Shown: piece by piece, positions 62,756-64,000 of the stretch
How the letters are laid out: every line of letters starts with the position of its first letter
Position numbering within the stretch: the stretch's first letter is position 1
Origin: Planctomycetota bacterium
GTDB lineage: Bacteria; Planctomycetota; B15-G4
Length of the DNA stretch: 64,000 nucleotides
Direction of reading: 5' to 3'
NCBI GenBank assembly: GCA_029259695.1
Contig: JAJDEQ010000056.1
Location: 30,746 to 94,745 of the forward strand
Position numbers and translations under genes: made by a program
The notes under the pieces: model-generated
What the model saw: only the letters and a program-made list of their open reading frames with translations
Told to the model about the DNA's origin: nothing
Databases searched by the model: none

Positions 62756-63522
62756 TCGCCGTCGTCGGGTGCCGTGTCGTCGCGTGCGGGGTCGTCGGGA
62801 GTGCCGTCGGTCGCCGGGAACTCGTCACCGGCCAGGGCCGCCCGGGCGGCCCTGAGGTCTTGCGGCGTGTCGAGGTCGCGCACGAGCCAGGGGCGTTCCA
62901 TGACCACGTGCACGATGCGCGCGTCGTTGCGCCGCACGATCCGGTGGGCCGGTTCGTCGTCGCCCAGTCCCCGGAACTCGTCGGCGACCTCCGGGGCGAA
63001 CACGAGCGGGTGACCGCGTCGGCCCGAGACGCTGGGGACCACCAGGGCCGTGCCCGGTGCGCGGGCATCGAAGGCCGCCAGCAGCGTGCGCACGTCGTCC
63101 GCGCTGACCAGCGGATGGTCGACGGTGTGCAGCAGCAGTGCCCGGTGCGCACCCGTGTCGTCGGCGAGAGCGAGTTTGAGCGAGGAGGTCTGCCCCCGTT
63201 CGGGGTGCGCCTGAGGCACGAGGGTCACGGCCACGTCGGCCCGGGCGGCGACCTCGGCGGCGCGCGTGTCGTCCGGGTGCAGCACCAGACGCACGCGGTC
63301 CACGCCGGCACCGGCGAGTGCGTCGAGGCAGCGGGCGAGCGCGCTGCGTCCGGCGAGTTCGAGGTGGGCCTTGGGTGCGCCCATGCGGCGACCGCGCCCG
63401 GCGGCGAGCAGGATGGCGAGGGTCAGGGTCGGCTCCGGCGCGCGCGGCCCGCCGTCCGCGGCGGCGCGGCGAGGGGCGAGGCTCTCGGCCCGCGGCGTCG
63501 GCCCCGGGCCCGTCGCGCCCAT
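62734..63522 (-). CDS. MocA/MobA-like nucleotidyltransferase (NTP_transf_3), 262 aa
   Basis: 'ILLAAGRGRRMGAPKAHLEL' (LAAGxSxRMG-type motif), 'LLLHTVDHPLV', 'GRRGHPLVF'. N-terminal start uncertain. The 3' end overlaps the convergent ArsC-like gene by 22 nt. Confidence 0.7.
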   Translation of the reverse strand: MGATGPGPTPRAESLAPRRAAADGGPRAPEPTLTLAILLAAGRGRRMGAPKAHLELAGRSALARCLDALAGAGVDRVRLVLHPDDTRAAEVAARADVAVTLVPQAHPERGQTSSLKLALADDTGAHRALLLHTVDHPLVSADDVRTLLAAFDARAPGTALVVPSVSGRRGHPLVFAPEVADEFRGLGDDEPAHRIVRRNDARIVHVVMERPWLVRDLDTPQDLRAARAALAGDEFPATDGTPDDPARDDTAPDDGDQPTSRT

Positions 63523-63545
63523 CGTAGCGCGCGGGGCGAGCGGCG

Positions 63546-64000
63546 ATGAGCCTGTCGCGACGAGTCGGGCGCAACGCCGCCGGACAGCTCTCGGGCCGCC
63601 TGGTGACGTCGGCGCTGGCCTTCGTGATCACGGCGCTGCTGTTGCCGCGGCAGCTGGGCGAGGCCGACTTCGGCGTGTTCGCCTTCTACCTGACCCTCTA
63701 CCAGTTGCTGAACAACGTGCTCGACTTCGGGGCCGGCACGATCGTGGTGCGCGAGGCGAGCCGCGATCGCGCGGCGGCTGGGCGCTTGATCGGCATGCTG
63801 ATCCGGCTCAAGGCGCGCTTCGCCGCCGTGGGCTTCGTGGTGCTGGTGGCCGTCGCGTTCGCGTTCGAAGGCGCCGGATCGCGAACCGGGTTGCTGGTCA
63901 TCGCGGCGCTGCACCTGCTGTTCCACGCACCGGCCGGCGCCGCGGCGATCTTCGCTGTGGACATGGCCTTCGCGCGTTCCGTGCTGGCGGGTGTGGCGGG
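63546..64000 (+). CDS. Polysaccharide-biosynthesis / Wzx-like flippase (MOP superfamily), N-terminal part; 3' end outside the window
   Basis: ATG 63546; the frame stays open to the window end and is not in the ORF track because there is no stop. Successive hydrophobic helices 'LVTSALAFVITALLL', 'FGVFAFYLTLYQLL', 'FAAVGFVVLVAVAFAF', 'LLVIAALHLLF'. The family call is tentative. Confidence 0.45.
   Translation, partial: MSLSRRVGRNAAGQLSGRLVTSALAFVITALLLPRQLGEADFGVFAFYLTLYQLLNNVLDFGAGTIVVREASRDRAAAGRLIGMLIRLKARFAAVGFVVLVAVAFAFEGAGSRTGLLVIAALHLLFHAPAGAAAIFAVDMAFARSVLAGVA

Noticed and set aside
1-64000. Search for mobile elements, integrases, terminal inverted repeats, tRNA-adjacent islands, rRNA and CRISPR arrays
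   Set aside because: No transposase, integrase or recombinase motifs appear in any frame. There are no flanking long inverted or direct repeats apart from the paralogous kinase genes, and no RNA gene signatures. The only locally lower-GC stretches (about 1860-2080, 21300-21600 and 62200-62340) are intergenic.

Overview
The window is visibly very GC-rich bacterial DNA (GC not computed), densely coding on both strands, with many long spurious antisense ORFs. I support 34 protein-coding genes. I found no rRNA, tRNA, CRISPR array, transposase or integrase. All domain calls come from reading motifs in the supplied translations; no database search was possible.

Gene content is dominated by envelope, surface and signalling proteins:
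- Surface and secreted: two FG-GAP/integrin-alpha-like proteins, a BNR/Asp-box protein, and several very large secreted proteins and lipoproteins.
- Signalling: an ECF-type sigma factor, three Hanks-type Ser/Thr kinases (two of them membrane-spanning paralogs), a pseudokinase-TM-caspase fusion, and an orphan HisKA_3 kinase.
- Housekeeping-looking: SppA, an amidohydrolase, an SbcD/YhaO-like plus Rad50/YhaN-like pair, a RimK-like ATP-grasp, metallophosphoesterases, an ArsC/LMW-PTP-like phosphatase, a MocA-like nucleotidyltransferase, and the start of a flippase-like gene.

The strongest candidate for an undescribed system is two separate actin-like (ASKHA) cytoskeletal modules with the same layout. 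In each, a coiled-coil or repeat protein gene sits immediately upstream of the actin-like gene, followed by a large envelope protein.
- Module 1 (11583-21248, + strand): a 1937-aa protein built from at least three families of 25-28-aa tandem repeats, whose stop overlaps an in-frame GTG of the ORF encoding a divergent actin-like ATPase, then a membrane-anchored 871-aa protein.
- Module 2 (43996-36025, - strand): a small coiled-coil protein, a clearly MamK-like actin, a 1111-aa lipoprotein and a membrane Ser/Thr kinase. No other magnetosome genes are present.

Other notable points:
- A cassette of a 1460-aa FG-GAP protein plus the pseudokinase-caspase, bracketed by the two paralogous kinases.
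- A 13-bp G-run tandem repeat (5 copies) in an intergenic region.
- A Rad50-like ATPase with a predicted transmembrane hairpin mid coiled coil.
- An RNase HIII-like protein with an unrecognised C-terminal extension.
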